From positions 9,756 to 73,755 of IMG/VR virus record IMGVR_UViG_3300028888_000043: a DNA stretch of 64,000 nucleotides; one strand, 5' to 3'. The stretch's first letter is position 1. The number at the start of each line of letters is the position of its first letter. This stretch comes from a virus. Lineage: Duplodnaviria > Heunggongvirae > Uroviricota > Caudoviricetes. The position numbers and the translations under genes are program-made. The notes under the pieces are model-generated. The model had not been told where the DNA came from, did not search any database, and saw nothing but the letters and a program-made list of their open reading frames with translations. This document shows positions 63,760-64,000 of this stretch, in pieces.

Positions 63760-64000
63760 ATGAAAAAGGAATTCTACATCATCCATTCAGAATATGTTCA
63801 GCATGGACTCACCTTTAACAGTGAGAACCGATATGCCGAGAACCAGGAGAAAGCAGATGAAGTTTTCGATGAGGTGCTCAACAGTATGAAGCTGGATAAC
63901 AAGGACATGCTGGAGGACAAGGAGTACTACAAGGTGACCAAAAGCAACAGGAAGGGGAAGAAGTACTTCAGTTGCTATTACAAATATCAGCCGGGTATAT
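63760..64000 (+). CDS. hypothetical protein, 3'-truncated at window edge
   Basis: MKKEFYIIHSEYVQ...; preceded by GAAATCCGCAGTCGCA element. Confidence 0.4.
   Translation, partial: MKKEFYIIHSEYVQHGLTFNSENRYAENQEKADEVFDEVLNSMKLDNKDMLEDKEYYKVTKSNRKGKKYFSCYYKYQPGI

Noticed and set aside
1-64000. tRNA, rRNA or other RNA genes
   Set aside because: Intergenic regions were read by eye. None of them fold into a cloverleaf or show rRNA-like conservation. The few long non-coding gaps are occupied by terminator or promoter cassettes.

Overview
This 64 kb window looks like a contiguous stretch of a large, mostly plus-strand dsDNA phage genome. Only three genes are read leftwards. The host appears to be a Bacteroidetes bacterium. 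That inference rests on 13 near-identical promoter cassettes with Bacteroidetes sigma-A grammar (-33 TTTG, about 20 nt, -7 TAnnTTTG) and on BspA-type leucine-rich repeats in fibre-like proteins. I found no tRNA, rRNA, CRISPR array, integrase or transposase. Contents in order: (i) nucleotide metabolism and replication genes at 1-8.4 kb, including 3'-truncated GMP reductase, an M42 peptidase-like protein, Nudix, a Dda/RecD-like helicase, thymidine kinase and a PD-(D/E)xK-like nuclease; (ii) about 60 small unknown genes at 8.4-30 kb; (iii) embedded in that region, a cluster of RNA-end processing enzymes at 14.6-25.4 kb (ATP-grasp-like, Rnl2-like RNA ligase, two HAD phosphatases, two nucleotidyltransferases, a Thg1-like protein, an HD hydrolase) plus Dam methylase and a TrpF-like barrel; (iv) a lysis cassette at 30.4-31.4 kb, then an SPFH protein; (v) five large fibre or receptor-binding-like genes with internal and shared repeats at 32.7-42.8 kb; (vi) a sigma-70-family sigma factor at about 43.8 kb; (vii) at 42.9-64 kb, a region of single-gene transcription units, each bounded by a conserved cassette (tandem TGCGA repeats, the motif GACTGAAATCC, a terminator hairpin and T-run, an A-tract, and the consensus promoter). 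The most unusual feature is a 13-member paralogous family of small genes in four clusters. All share a conserved N-terminal about 20-aa peptide, MS[IV]W[ASTR]D[IM]H[KR]RSNG...R[KR]ED, fused to unrelated C-terminal domains. Two of those C-terminal domains also occur as stand-alone genes nearby. A second class of terminator-embedded sites, TTTTGTTATATTTAA, resembles an extended -10 element and may depend on the phage sigma. All coordinates are hand-counted and may be off by 1-2 nt. All protein family calls come from motif recognition alone; no database search was run.
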